From the human T2T-CHM13v2.0 reference genome, Homo sapiens: a stretch of 64,000 bases of DNA. This document shows, piece after piece, positions 15,319 through 29,789 of this stretch. Below the pieces are notes generated by a model, which ran no database searches, was not told the DNA's origin, and saw only the letters and a list, made by a program, of their open reading frames with translations. The stretch lies in the NCBI RefSeq assembly GCF_009914755.1, contig NC_060945.1, one strand, 5' to 3'. A program made the translations under genes and the position numbers. Every line of letters starts with the position of its first letter. Position 1 is the stretch's first letter.

Positions 15319-15864
15319 CAGTAGGCACACCTCATCCACAAAGGATGCGTTCCAAGACCCCCAGTGGTTGAATGAAACTTTGGATAGTACCTAACTCTCT
15401 ATATACTATGCTTTTTGAAATGATGTATATGCCTATGATAAAGTTCAAGCTATAAACTGGGCACAGTAAGAGATTAACAACAATAACTAATAATAAAATA
15501 GACCCAGATGCCAGCATTTCTACTCATGTGCTTTGGGGCCATTATGAAGAAAAATAAGAGTTCCTTGAACACAAGCACTTTAATACAATGACAGTTGATT
15601 GGATAACCCAGGCTCTTAAGTGAGCAATGTGTGGGGAGCATCCACACAGCATGGATGTGCTTGCTACACAAAGAGATGGCTCACTTCCCAGACAGGACAG
15701 AGCAGAACAGTGAAATATTTCAACAGGCCACTCAGAATAGCAAGTAATTTAAAACTTATGAATTGTTTATTTCTGGAGTTTTTCATTTAATATTTTTGGA
15801 CCACGGTTGACCGTGGGTAGCTGAAACCGCAGGAAGCAAAATTGCAGGTAAGGGGGAACTAGTG
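15319..15864. mobile_element. MER44-like (TcMar-Tigger) non-autonomous DNA transposon
   Basis: Degenerate TIRs cagtagg...catccac / gtaagggggaactagtg followed by TA; internal 'ttccaagacccccagtgg' and 'ggaccacggttgaccgtggg'. Confidence 0.75.
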
Positions 15865-16361
15865 TATAAATCAGCAGAACATTGTGGAATAAACAGTGGA
15901 CCACTTGTTAGGAATCCTGGAATCTAGTTCTCTCACTGAATAACCATATCGGTCTTCATCAAATGACTCATTCTTGTGGTTCTTCCCGTTTGTGAAATAT
16001 AGTGCTTCAGCTTGCTCTGTTTTTCCTAGTGGCAGACATGGAGCTGAACAATGTACATTATTATCTCTCTCCTGTCCCCCAAACTACTTATTAGCTATTT
16101 CTTTTTCTTTCCTATCATTCTTACTCTCATTGCTGAAGTCAATAACAGGTAGCTTAGAAAGTAAATGGTAAAAAGTACACTTTGCAGTGTAATGTGGGTT
16201 TGGATATATCTAATCCCTAAGATTCCACCTAGCTCTAAAAAATCTAAGAGTTTTGCCTTACGGAAATGTTATATAAGATAATCAAATCAGAGGTGAGAAA
16301 TGGGTTTATGAAGAAAAATATAACAAAGCTAAAGATAAATTTTACATATTTACAGATTTAG

Positions 16362-16666
<305 letters not shown>

Positions 16667-18241
16667 TAGGCTAATTCTTACACAAGCTAATTATACTGAT
16701 GATAGCTTGTATGTCGTGGATAGTAACGATCTCAATATATTCATGAGTTTTACATTTACTTAATCCTCCCCCAACCCCCAAAACTCCAGAGGCTACCATG
16801 GTCCTCATTTTACAGAGATTAGGTGTCTTGCTCAAATTAAGACAGAAGGCAAGTGACAGAATTTGAATTCCATGCTACCTCTGTTTCATGTCAGAGAACA
16901 ACCAAGCTCTTAAACATTGTATCAAATGTGTAGGAACAAGTACATTGACTCAGTACTGACTTAGTGTGAAAAGCAGGAGAGGCTCACTCTCCTTTACTGA
17001 TGCTTGCTTCTTCCCCAAAAGTTGGTCTCCTCCCTTGCTCTGTCTTAAACAATTCTGGGTTTCAGGCAAGCCACTTACCCTCTCTGAGTTTTATTTTTTC
17101 TCCTGCAAAATATAGGTAAATTTACCTATTCTCATATCTTATCAGGTCATTTGTGAGCTCAATTTATATAATGCATGTAAAAGTATCTTATAAATTGAAA
17201 ATAAATAAATTTAAATATTATTATTAAAGGCTATAAAGATGAGACTGTGCCTTAGAGGGAGAGGCTGAAACATCTTCTAACTGAATTTTCATTCTTTGAG
17301 CCACGGAATCCCCATGTTTCACAGAGATGTTTGAGATCGATCAATTTCTTCCATTAGGGGCTAGATGGTTCCTTCTAGAAAAAAGCAAGCATAGAATTCA
17401 TAGAAGAGAACTTAGAAATCTCCAAATCCAATTCCTTCTGCTTAGAGATAAGAAATCTAAAATTCAAAGAGTTCAAGTATCATACTGTGAATAAAGACAA
17501 AAATCTGTCTAGCGCTGAGGTATTTACCATCAAATCCACCAGCCCATTTACCATCAGATTCACTAAGGTTACTTGAACCTCAGTAGCTGATAGGTCTAGG
17601 TGTATGACCTTGGTTTGTGTTTCCTGTGTAAGAGCTCAGTGCCTCAGTCTTTTTATCCCTAAAATAAGGACAATAACTGTAGTACGTTTCTCATTAGGGG
17701 TAGTTTTGAAAATTAAAAGAGATACAAAGCCCTTAGGGCAACACGTGTCACGTAGGATGCTATTATCACTGTTAGTGACACTTGCAAGACAGTGACAGCT
17801 TTGGGGAATTTACCATTGTGTTTTCTTACTAATCTTCACAAGAATCACATTGGTATAAAGGCTGCATGAAATTATGCTTCTTTTAAAGGCTAGAGTGGTT
17901 TTCCTCTTGGGAAATATTTAGCCCTTCTGTGGAAGATCTGAAATAAGTTAGCAGCCCTCTCAGAGGGACACTGAGAGAGTTAGCATCCCTTTCTCAGAGA
18001 AAAAAAAAATAATTTCTCTGTAGGTTTTCTCATTAAGAAATCTCACTTTTACTATGAGATTACAGAACATTTTAGGACAAGCTGAAATAATGGAGAAAAT
18101 ACAAGGGTTCCCAATAAACCTATAGATCTAGAACTTAAAAACCTCTCCAATTTGTGTAATCCTCCATTATACTTCTCTCTATTTTGTTTATTGTTGGCTT
18201 ATAATTTTGGATATAAAAGCACTCACTGTCTTTCTCTCCAG

Positions 18242-18317
18242 CTCATGCTCTAAAGCAAGTCAGTGCAATCAACTCCAGAACTAGACCAAAAGACAAAATC
18301 CTGGAGCAAAAACATAG
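18242..18317 (+). pseudogene. ABCC13: Exon H (76 nt): linker AHALKQVSAINSRTRPKDKILEQKH
   Basis: tttctctccag|CT acceptor, TAG|gtgagt donor; phases 1/2 bridge exons G and I in frame without stops; not shown in the ORF track. Confidence 0.75.
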
Positions 18318-18747
18318 GTGAGTATCAGGTAATGCCAGGCTCACTGGGATTATGGACTGATTAATTACTTTTTTATAGCATTTGAACACATCCTATAAAA
18401 AAGATCCATACATTATAATGGATATAAAATGTACTTAGTGGATTCCAATTCTAAACTAGAAGTTAGATGGATGTGTCTAAATTTTTAAGTGAGATGGATG
18501 AGACTTAGTTTTGGAAACATATGTTCATTAGATTCCTCACTATTTCTAGCCAAATTCTAGTGGTAGAAATTTAATCTGATTGCCAAAAACATCCCCATCC
18601 CATAGCATTCACAGACTCTACAGATGAGAATGTGAAAAATAGGCTTTGGACATAAACATTTCATGATGGATTGGGATGATTATCAAGACAGGATATGTGA
18701 CCTAGACATACAGACCAGTATAGGAGCTGAAGAACCTGCCTAGAAAA

Positions 18748-18815
18748 ATAAGAGAAAGAAAGAGAGAAAGAGAGAGAGAGAAGAAAGCAAGAAGAAGAAA
18801 GAAAAAGGAAAGAAA

Positions 18816-18871
<56 letters not shown>

Positions 18872-18940
18872 AAAGAAAAGAAAAGAAAAGAGTAGAAAGG
18901 AGGGCAGGAAGGAAGAGGGGAGGAGACAGGAAAAAAAAGG
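18748..18940 (+). repeat. Polypurine/(GAAA)n microsatellite
   Basis: Long GAAA run with GA-rich flanks. Confidence 0.95.
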
Positions 18941-19072
18941 GCAAAACTTTGGTCCTGATTGGATTTTGTTATATTATGTCTTTTTTTTTGTAACTGACTA
19001 AAATGAACAGTGATTGAAGTAAATTAATCTAATCAGTTTTTTTCCCCAATGTTTCTTCCCATCAGTTGCCTA

Positions 19073-19695
<623 letters not shown>

Positions 19696-19769
19696 TCATA
19701 AAGATCTTGGACTGCTTCTCCTTGTCTATTATCTTAGTATTTTTATACTGTCTCATGGCTTTACTTTCC

Positions 19770-20830
19770 GTACACTAATATGTCCAAGTTAATCTCTCTA
19801 GTCTGGATCTCTCCTCTGAACTCCAGGGTTGAACCGGCAGCTGACCCTCTCAGCATCTCCCCTCTAACATCTAAATGACATCTCCAATTTACATGTCGCA
19901 CACAGGATTCTTGATTTTCCTTCAGCACACACAAACCTGTCCCACATGTGATTTTTTCCACCTTAGCTAATGGCAATGTCATTCTTCCAGTTGCTCAGGT
20001 AAAAAATATCTTGCAGTCATCTAGACCCTTCTTATTCTACATCAAATCTATAATCAAATCCCATTGGCTCGATCTTCAAAATATATCCAAGAATCCAGAA
20101 TTCACCCACTACTCATCACCTTCACAGCTGCCCCCTCTGTCCAATCAGGATTATTTCTCACTTGCCATTATTGTAACTGCCTGCTTATAGGCCTTCCTGC
20201 TGCCATCTTACCCCATACAGGCTATTTGCAACATAGTATACAGAGAGTTTCTTTTATAAATGTAAGTCAGAGCATATCGCTCTTCTGCCCAAAACTTCCA
20301 AAAGATTCACCTCTCAGAGAAAAATCTCATGTCCTTACACTGACTTGTAAAATCCTACAGGACCTGGACCTGTTTACCTTTCTGATCTCAGAACCCTAGG
20401 AAGTTCACCCTTCATAACTCTTTCCAGCAACACTGACCATTTTCTGTTCCTGGAATAGCCAGGCATGCCCCTACTTCAAGGCCTTTGCATTTCTGATTCA
20501 CTGCATAAAGTAGACTTTGTTCAGATAAACATATGGCTTGCATATCCGCCTTCTGTTGGTGTTTGCTTAAATGTCATCTCATCAATGAAGACTTGCTTAT
20601 CCACCCTATTTCATATCTCAACACTTCCTACTCCTTTCCCAGCTTTACTTTGTCATAAGTCTTATTAATTTCCATAAGATTGGGAAATTTACTTGTTCGT
20701 TTTTTATTTTGTCTTCCTCCTAACTCTATATTATAAGGTTTTATAAGGGCAGGATTTTTTGTTATTTGTTCCATTGCCATCAGCTAGAACACCAAATGGC
20801 ACATACATAAGTATTTGTTGAAAGGGTGGA
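19770..20830 (+). mobile_element. L2 (L2a-like) 3' fragment
   Basis: 'ctctcctctgaactccag...catctcc...ttcttccagttgctcagg' through '...tatttgttgaa' L2 terminus. Confidence 0.7.
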
Positions 20831-21341
20831 TAAATAACTAGAGACTGAAAGAACACTGAAAAGTCTTCTGATCCATCATTTCTTTTATTTTTTGGCCATT
20901 GAGACTTAATATATTTCATTTAAATGAGTATAATTTTTTAAGTCTCCAAGAAAAGCTAATCCAGAAGCACTGAAACATACTTTGAAATCCATTTGCTATG
21001 GGGTATACATATCTCTGAATCCTAAAGAGCATATTTGCCTGTGTATAGTATCACTATGCACTCAGTAAATAGCTTAAGAAAAGCTTAAAATGTAAAAATT
21101 AATAAATATTGTTGTAAACTTAATCATTCCCTTTCCCCTACAGTAAATCAATTTTCCTTATTTATAAGATCACTGTTAATATAATATCTAAATTGAACCT
21201 CTTGAAATTTCTGTAAGCCAATTTTGGGAAACCATTCCTTCTTTTTCTCCCTAAAAAAAGAATTCCAGTCCCTATAAATATTTGTTTACAAAATTGTTTT
21301 TTTAAAAAATTATAAGTTGCAGCAGCTCAAATAAAGAATAC

Positions 21342-21467
21342 AGCAGAGCATGGTGCTGCACGCCTATAGTTCCAGCTACTAGGAGGTCAAACTGGGAGGA
21401 TCCATTGAGCTCAGGAGTCTGAAACCAGCCTGGGCAACATAGCAAGACTCTTGTCTCAAAACAAATG
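21342..21467 (+). mobile_element. Fossil Alu monomer (FLAM/FAM-like)
   Basis: Single ~125-nt monomer ending in 'gcaacatagcaagactcttgtctcaaaa'. Confidence 0.8.
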
Positions 21468-21579
21468 AAAGGGAGGAAGAAAGGAAAGGAGGAAGAAAGA
21501 AACAGAGAGAAAGAAAGAAAGAAAGACGAGAGAAGAGAGAAGAGGAGGGGAGGGGAGGGGAGGGGAGGGGAGGGGAGGG
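21468..21579 (+). repeat. Polypurine tract ending in (GGGGA)6
   Basis: GAAA/GGAA units then six GGGG runs at 21547-21575. Confidence 0.92.
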
Positions 21580-24500
21580 TCCAGGGCAAGATGACCAGAT
21601 GACCCAATAGGAAAAGCTCTGGTCTGCAGCTCCCAATGAGACCAATGCAGAAGGCAGGTGATTTCTGCATTTCTCACTGAGGTACCTGGCTCATCTCACT
21701 GGGACTGCTTAGACAGTGAGTCCAGCCCACAGAGGGCACGCAGAAGCAGGGTGGGGCATTGCCTCACCTGGGAAGTGCAAGGGGTTGGGGAAATCCCTCC
21801 CCTAGCCAAGGGAAGCCAGGAGGGACTGTGCCATGAGGAACGGTGCACTCCAGCCCAGATATTATGCTTTTCCCATGGTTTTCACAGCCCACAGACCAGA
21901 AGATTCCCTCAGGTGTCTATACCACCAGGGCCCTGGGTTTTAAGTACAAACCTGGGCAGCTGTTTGGGCAGACACCCAGTTAGCTGCAGGAGTTGTTTTT
22001 TTTTTTTCCGTACACCAGTGGCGCCTGGAACACCAACGAGACAGAACTGTTCCCTCCCCTGGAAAGGGGGCTGAAGCCAGGGAGCCAAGTGGTCTTGCTC
22101 AGCAGATCCCTCTTCCACGGAGCCCAGCAAGCTAAGATCCACTGGCTTGAAATTCTCACTGCCAGCACAGCAGTCAGAAGTTGACCTGGGATGCTTAAGC
22201 TTGGTGGGAGGAGGAGCTTCTGCCATTACTGAGGCTTGAGTAGGTGGTTTTCCCCTCACAGTGTAAACAAAGCTGTGGGGAAGTTCAAATGGGAGGAACC
22301 CACCTCAGGGCTACAAAGTCACTGTAGCCTGATTGCCTCTCTAGATTCCTCCTGTCTGAGCAGGGCATCTCTGAAAGAAAGGCAGCAGCCCCAGTCAGGG
22401 GCTTATAGATAAAATTCCCATCTCCCTTGGACAGAGCACCTGGGGGAAGGGGCAGCTGTGGGCGCAGCTTCAGCAGACTAAAACTTTCCTGCTTGTCAGC
22501 TCTGAAGATCTCCCAGAACAGTTCTCGAGCTCTACTAAGGGACAGACTGCCTCCTCAAGTGGGTCTCTGGCCTCCATGCCTCCTGACTGGAGACACCTTC
22601 CAGCAGGAGTCAACAGACACCTCATATAGGACAGTTCTGGCTGACATCTGGCAGGTCCCCCTCTGGGACAAAGCTTCCAGAGAAAGGAGCAGGCAGCAGT
22701 CTTTGCTGTTCTGCAGCCTCTGCTGGTGATACCCAGGAAAATAGGGTCTGGAATGGACCTCCAGCAAACTCCAGCAGACCTGCAGAAGAGGGGCCTGACT
22801 GTTAGAAGGAAAGCTAACAAACAGAAAGCAATAACATCAACATCAACAAAAAGGACAACCACAACAAAACCCCATCCACAGGTCATCAGCATCAAAGATC
22901 AAAAGTAGATAAATCCATGAAGATGAGGAAAAACCAGCGTTGAAAATTCCAAAAACCAGAATTCCTCTTCCCCTCCAAAGGATCACAACTCCTCGCCAGT
23001 AAGGGAACAAAACTGGATGGAGAATTAGTTTGATGAATTGACTGAAGTAGGCTTCAGAAGGTGGGTAATAACAAACTGCTCTGAGCTAAAGGAGCATGTT
23101 CTAACCCAGTGCAAGGAAGCTAAGAACCTTGATAAAAGGTTACAGGAACTGCTAACTTGAATAAACAGTTTAGAGAAAAACATAAATGACCTGATGGAGC
23201 TGAAAAACACAGCACAGGAACTTCATGAAGCATACACAAGTATCAATAGCTGAATCCATCAAGCGGAAGAAAGGATATCAGAGATTGAAGATCAACTTAA
23301 TGAAATAAAGCATGAAGACAAGATTAGAGAAAAAAGAAGGAAAATGAATGAACAAAGCCTCCAAGAAATATGAGACTATGTGAAAAGACCAAACCTATGT
23401 TTGTTTGGTGTACCTAAAAGTGATGGGGAGAATGGAACCAAGTTGGAAAACACACTTCAGGCTGTTATCCAAGAGAACTTCCCCAACCTAGCAGGACAGG
23501 CCAACATTCAAATTCAGGAAATACAGAGAACACCACAAAGATACTCCTCAAGAAAAGCAATACCAAGACACATAATCTTCAGATTCACCAAGGTTAAAAG
23601 AAAGAAAAAATGTTAAGGGCAGTCAGAGAAAAAGTTCAGGTTACCTACAAAGGGAAGGCCATCAGACTGTCAGTGGGTCTCTCTGCAGAAACCCTACAAG
23701 CCAGAAGAGAGTGGGGAATCAATATTAAACATTCTAAAAGAAAAGAATTTTCAACCCAGAATTTTATATCCAGCCAAACTAAGCTTCATAAGTGAAGGAG
23801 AAATAAAATCCTTTACAGACAAGCAAATGCTCAGGGATTTTGTCACCACCAGGCCTGCCTTACCAGAGTTCCTGAAGGAAGTGCTAAATATTCAAAGGAA
23901 AAACTGGTACCAGCCACTGCAAAAACATACCAAAATGTAAAGACCATCAACACTATGAAGAAATTGCATCAACTAATGTGTAAAATAATCAACTAGCATC
24001 ATAATGACAGGATCAAATTCACACATAACAATATTAACCTTAAATATAAATGAGCTAAATGGCCCAATTAAAAGACACAGACTGGCAAACTGAATAAAGA
24101 GTCAAGACCCATTGGGGTGCTGTATTCAGGAGACCCATCTCATGTGCAAAGACACACATGGGCTCAAAATAAAGGGATGGAGGAATATTTACCAAGCAAA
24201 TGGAAAGCAAAAAAAAAAAACAAAAAAAAAAGGGTTTGCCATTCCTAGTCCCTGATAAAACAGACTTTAAACCAACAAATATCAAGATCAAAAAGACAAA
24301 GAAGGACATTAAATAATGGTAAAGGGATCAATGCAACAAGAAGAGCTAACTATCCTAAATATATATGCATCTAATACAGGAGCACCCAGATTCATAAAGC
24401 AAGTTCTTAGAGACCTACAAAGAGACTTAGACTCCCACACAGTAATAGTGGGAGACTTTAACACCCCATGTCAATATTAGACAGATCAATGAGACAGAAA

Positions 24501-27026
24501 ATTAACAAGGATATTCAGGACTTGAACTCAGCCCTGGACCAAGCGGACCTAATAGACATCTACATAACTCTCCACCTCAGATCAATAGAATATACATTCT
24601 TCTCAGCACCACATCACACTTATTCTAAAACTGACCACATAATTGGAAGTAAAACACTCCTCAGCAAATGCAAAAGAACGGAAGTCATAACAGTTTCTCA
24701 GACCACAGTGCAATCAAATTAGAACTCAGGATTAAGAAACTCACTCTAAACAGTAGAACTACATGAAAACTGAACAACCTGCTCCTGAATGACTACTGGG
24801 TAAATAGTGAAATTAAGGCAGAAACAAATAAGTTCTCTGAAATCAATGAGAACAAAGACAAAACATACCAGAATACCTGGGACACAGCTAAAGCAGTGTT
24901 TACAGGGAAATTTACAGTGCTAAATGCCAACAGGAGAAAGCGGGAAAGATCTAAAATCGACACCCTGACATTGCAATTAAAAGAACTGGAGAAGAAAGAA
25001 CAAACAAATTCAAAAGGTAGCAGAAGACAAGAAATAACTAAGATCAGAGCAGAACTAAAGGAGATAGAGACACGAAACACCCTTCAAAAAAATCAGTGAA
25101 TCCAGGAGCTGGTTTTTTGAAAAGATTAACAAAATTGATAGACCACTAGACAGACGAATAAAGAAGAAAAGAGAGAAGAATCAAATAGATGCAATAAAAA
25201 GTGTTAAAGGTAATGTCACGACTGATCCCACAGAAATACAAATTACCATCATAGAATACTATAAACACCTCTATGCAAATAAACTAGAAAATCTAGAAGA
25301 AATGGATAAATTCCTGGACACATACACCCTCCCAAGACAAAACCAGGAAGACGTAAAATCCCTGAATAGACCAATAACAAGTTCTGAAATTGAGGCAGTG
25401 ATTAATAGCCTACCAACCAAAAAAAGCCCAGGACCAGACGGATTCACAGCCGAGTTCTACCAGAAGTACAAAGAGGAGTTGGCACCATTCCTTGTGAAAC
25501 TATTCCAAACAATGGAAAAAGAGGGAATCCTCCCTAACTCATTTTATGAGGCCAGCATCATCCAGATACCAAAGTCTGGCAGAGACACAACAAAAAAAGA
25601 AAATTTCAGGCCAATATCCCTGATGAACATAACGTGAAAACCCTCAATAAAATACTGGCAAAACAAATACAGCAGCACGTCAAAAAGCTTATCCACCATG
25701 ATCAAGTCAGCTCCATCCCTGAGATGCAAGGCTGGTTCAACACACAAAAATTAATAAACATAATCCATCACATAAAGAGAACCAATGACAAAAACCACAT
25801 GATTATCTCAATAGATGCAGAAAAGGCCTTTGATACAATTCAACAGCCATTCATGCTAAAAACACTCAATAAACTAGGTATTGATGGAACATATCTCAAA
25901 ATAATAAGAGCTATTTTTTACAAACTCACAGCCAATATACTGAATGGGCAAAAGCTGGAAGCATTTCCTTTGAAAACTGGCACAAGACAAGGATGCCCTC
26001 TCTCACCACTCCTATTCAAAATAGTATTGGAAGTTCTGGCCAGGTCAGTCAAGAGAAAGAAATAAAGGGTATCAAATAGGAAGAGAAGAAGTCAGATTGT
26101 CTCTGTTTGCAGAATATGTGATTCTATATTTAGAAAACCCCATCATCTCAGCCCAAAAACTCCTTAAGCTGATAAGCAACTTCAACAAAGTCTCGGGATA
26201 CAAAATCAATGTGCACAAATCACAAACATTCCTATACACCAATAATAGACAAAAAGAGAGCCAAATCATGAGCAAACTCCCATTCACAATTGCTACAGAG
26301 TGAATAAAATACCTAGGAATACAACTTACAAGGCATGTGAAGGACCTCTTCAAGGACAACTATAAACCATTGCTCAAGAAAATAAGAGAAGATACAAACA
26401 AACGGAAAAATATTCCATGCTCACGGATAGGAAGAATCAATATTGTGAAAATGGCCATACTGCCCAAGGAATTTATAGATTCAGTGCTATCCCCATCAAG
26501 CTACCATTGACTTTCTTCATAGAATTAGGAAAAACTACTTTAAATTTCACATGGAACCAAAAAAGAGCCCATATAGCCAAGACAATCCTAAGCAAAAAGA
26601 ACAAAGCTGGAGGCAGCACACTACCTGACTTCAAACTATACTACAAGGCCACACTAACCCAAACAGCATATAAAAACCATGGAACAGAACTGAGTCCTCA
26701 GAAATAACACCACATATCTACAACCATCTGATCTTTGACAAACCTGACAAAAACAAGCAATGGGGAAAGGATTCCCTATTTAAGAAATGGTTTTGGGAAA
26801 ACTGGCTAGCCATATGCAGAAAGCTGAAACTGGACCCCTTCCTTACACCTTATACAAAAATTAACTCAAGTTGGATTAAAGACTTAAACATAAGACCTAA
26901 AACCATAAAAACCCTAGAAGAAAACCTCGGCAATACAATTCAGGACATAGGCATGGGCGAGGACTTTATGAGTAAAACACCAAAAGCAATGTCAACAAAA
27001 GCCAAAATTGACAAATGGAATCTAAT
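21580..27026 (+). mobile_element. L1PA (about L1PA7/8-like) with 5'UTR, ORF1 (~22923-23940) and most of ORF2 (from 24004); degenerate; 3' end missing
   Basis: 5'UTR 'ggcaagatg...aataggaa.agctc.ggtctgcagctccc'; ORF1 fragments (KRPNL..GVP, IQENFPNL); ORF2 EN/RT fragments ([37 protein letters not shown]); many stops and frameshifts. Confidence 0.93.
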
Positions 27027-27260
27027 AAGAAGAAAGAAAGAGAGAAATAAATAAATAAATAAATAAATAAGGGAAGGAGGGAGGGAGGGAGGGAGGAAGG
27101 AAGGAAGAAAGAAAGAAAAAAGAAGGAAGGAAGGAAGCAAAGAAAAAGGAAGGAAGAGAAAGAGAGAAAGAGGAAGGAAGGAAGAAGGGAAGGAAGGAAG
27201 GAAAGAGGGAAGGAAGGGAGGGAAGGATGGAGGGAGGGAGGGAAGGAGGAGGGAGAAAAG
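27027..27260 (+). repeat. (AAAT)n plus GGAA/GGGA polypurine tract
   Basis: Direct reading. Confidence 0.92.
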
Positions 27261-27560
27261 AATACTTTGGTAAGATCACCTCAGGTCCAATATGTCATAT
27301 TTTTATCAACACAACCCAGAGTCAAACCGACTTTTTAAAGAATAAACTAAATTTTTCAAATAAGAGATTTCAAACAACTAAACAAATCACATTTTATCTT
27401 ATGTTTGAGAAGCCTATTATAATTTTTCCAATTACTTGGCTATACTGGTTTATTATTTTCTATTCTCTCTCTCATTTTTTATCTGCTTTATTGTTTGGTA
27501 AGATAATATTACATAAAGAGAGTTTTCCTGACTTTTCAATCTAAATTTCTATTTTTTTCA

Positions 27561-28022
<462 letters not shown>

Positions 28023-29789
28023 TCATGAAAAGGCTCATGGGAAAACTGTCTAGCTGCCTATCAGGAGTATGTTCAAAAGAAGGAGTAGGGGGGTTGAACC
28101 AAATAATTTCTGAAAAATTTTCCCCTCAAAGTTTAAGAATTAGAGTTAGTTTAATGACATTATTTTTCTAGCAGAACTAAAATATTTATTTCAAGCTGTT
28201 TCCACATTTTTTTCTAAATTTATATTATGCCTATTAATTACTTTCTTAAATCTCTGTCACTGTCTTCCCTGAATAAAATAAACTGGAAATTTTACTTTAC
28301 TACCTAGGCTGCCCCCTTTTGTCTTTCATGCGCAACACTGAATCACTTTTGTCTTCCCATATGTACTCCACACTTTGTTTTTGGGCTTAGCTCAGAGACA
28401 ATGGTTTCAATATGATGATTTTACATATTTTATACAAAATATGTAAATGGACATTGTGCCAATTTTCCTGAGAATTTCTCAAGGACAGAACAAGACTCAT
28501 GTTTAAAATTTCTCTACCAAGATTAAATAATTTCTCTCTTAAAAGACTCAAATAAAGCCTGTTATTCAAAACAAAGTGCCTAGAACCAAATGCAAGGTAT
28601 TTTTTTTGTGAAAAAATGATGAATAACATTTTTGTTTGAAAAAGCAATACCTTTCTATATAGTATCCAATAAATTATTGGTTTTCGTTAGTTATATCTAA
28701 TTAGGAAGGCTTAATTCCCTTTTAACAGTTGGATTTCATAGCATTTTATGTCCAGCTACATTAAGAATTAATTTTTTGGCTTGGCACCAATGCTAAATTT
28801 GCTTATCCAAAGAGAAGCCATGCCAGCAGCTTGAAGGATGATGACAGTAATTAACCCAAATCATATACCAGTAGCTATTCCAATGAAAGTGTCTGTTAAA
28901 TAGTGTATCTTTCTCTGATGCTGAGGCTGATCCTACAAAGGACATGCACTGCAACCTCCCACAGAATGTTTCTGGATACTCGTTCCAGAGATAGGAAGGG
29001 AAGAACTACCAGGCTGTCCAAATAAGGCGTTTCTTATTCTGAAAAATACAATGGAAACCATGAAGAAATGGGGGTTTCTCATAATCTGCTGAGAGGTGTG
29101 TACATCAGTTCAGCATTTCTAGAGGTCAGTTTAATAGTGGATACATCAAATGACTTGTAATTGATCATGTCGCATGTTATCGTGTATGGGAATTTAGTAC
29201 AAGAGGCAATAAAAGATGTATGAAAAGAATGGTCACTATAGCAATAAAGTAGGAAAAAAAAATACAACCACTATAAGCATTGACTTTGTTAAATAAATCA
29301 TATCACGGTAAAATGATAAAATATTATGTTATAAAATATAGTGGTGTTATAGAAGAATATGTTTTTTATAAATTGGGTTATAACTGTGTAATTTTCTTAA
29401 AAAAGTATGAACTGGTTATAGAACAACATTATCAATATTATTAATATTGACAATCATATTAATAATTACAATATTGACCTATATCAATATAAGAGCAATA
29501 GTAATATAAGTTATATCTTATACACATTATATAATATAACATAATATAAGAGCAACATTAACAATATTATCATATCACACACAAAGAGAGGCAAGACTAC
29601 TGAAATATTCACAAGCGTGTTACCACAGATTGTCTCTGAAATGTAGGATTGTAAATCTTTTCTTCTCCTTCTTTTCCTCTTCTCCATCTTTTATCCTTTT
29701 CCTCCTCCTTCTCCTCCTCCTTTCTTCTCACTTTTCTTCTTGCTGTTTGTTATTTTCTAAATATTTATCCAATGATATGATTTCAGAAA

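Noticed and set aside
22726-26707. L1 ORF fragments as an active retrotransposon or novel reverse-transcriptase system
   Set aside because: ORF1 and ORF2 are broken by many stops and frameshifts, the catalytic FADD motif reads FAEY, and the 3' end is missing.
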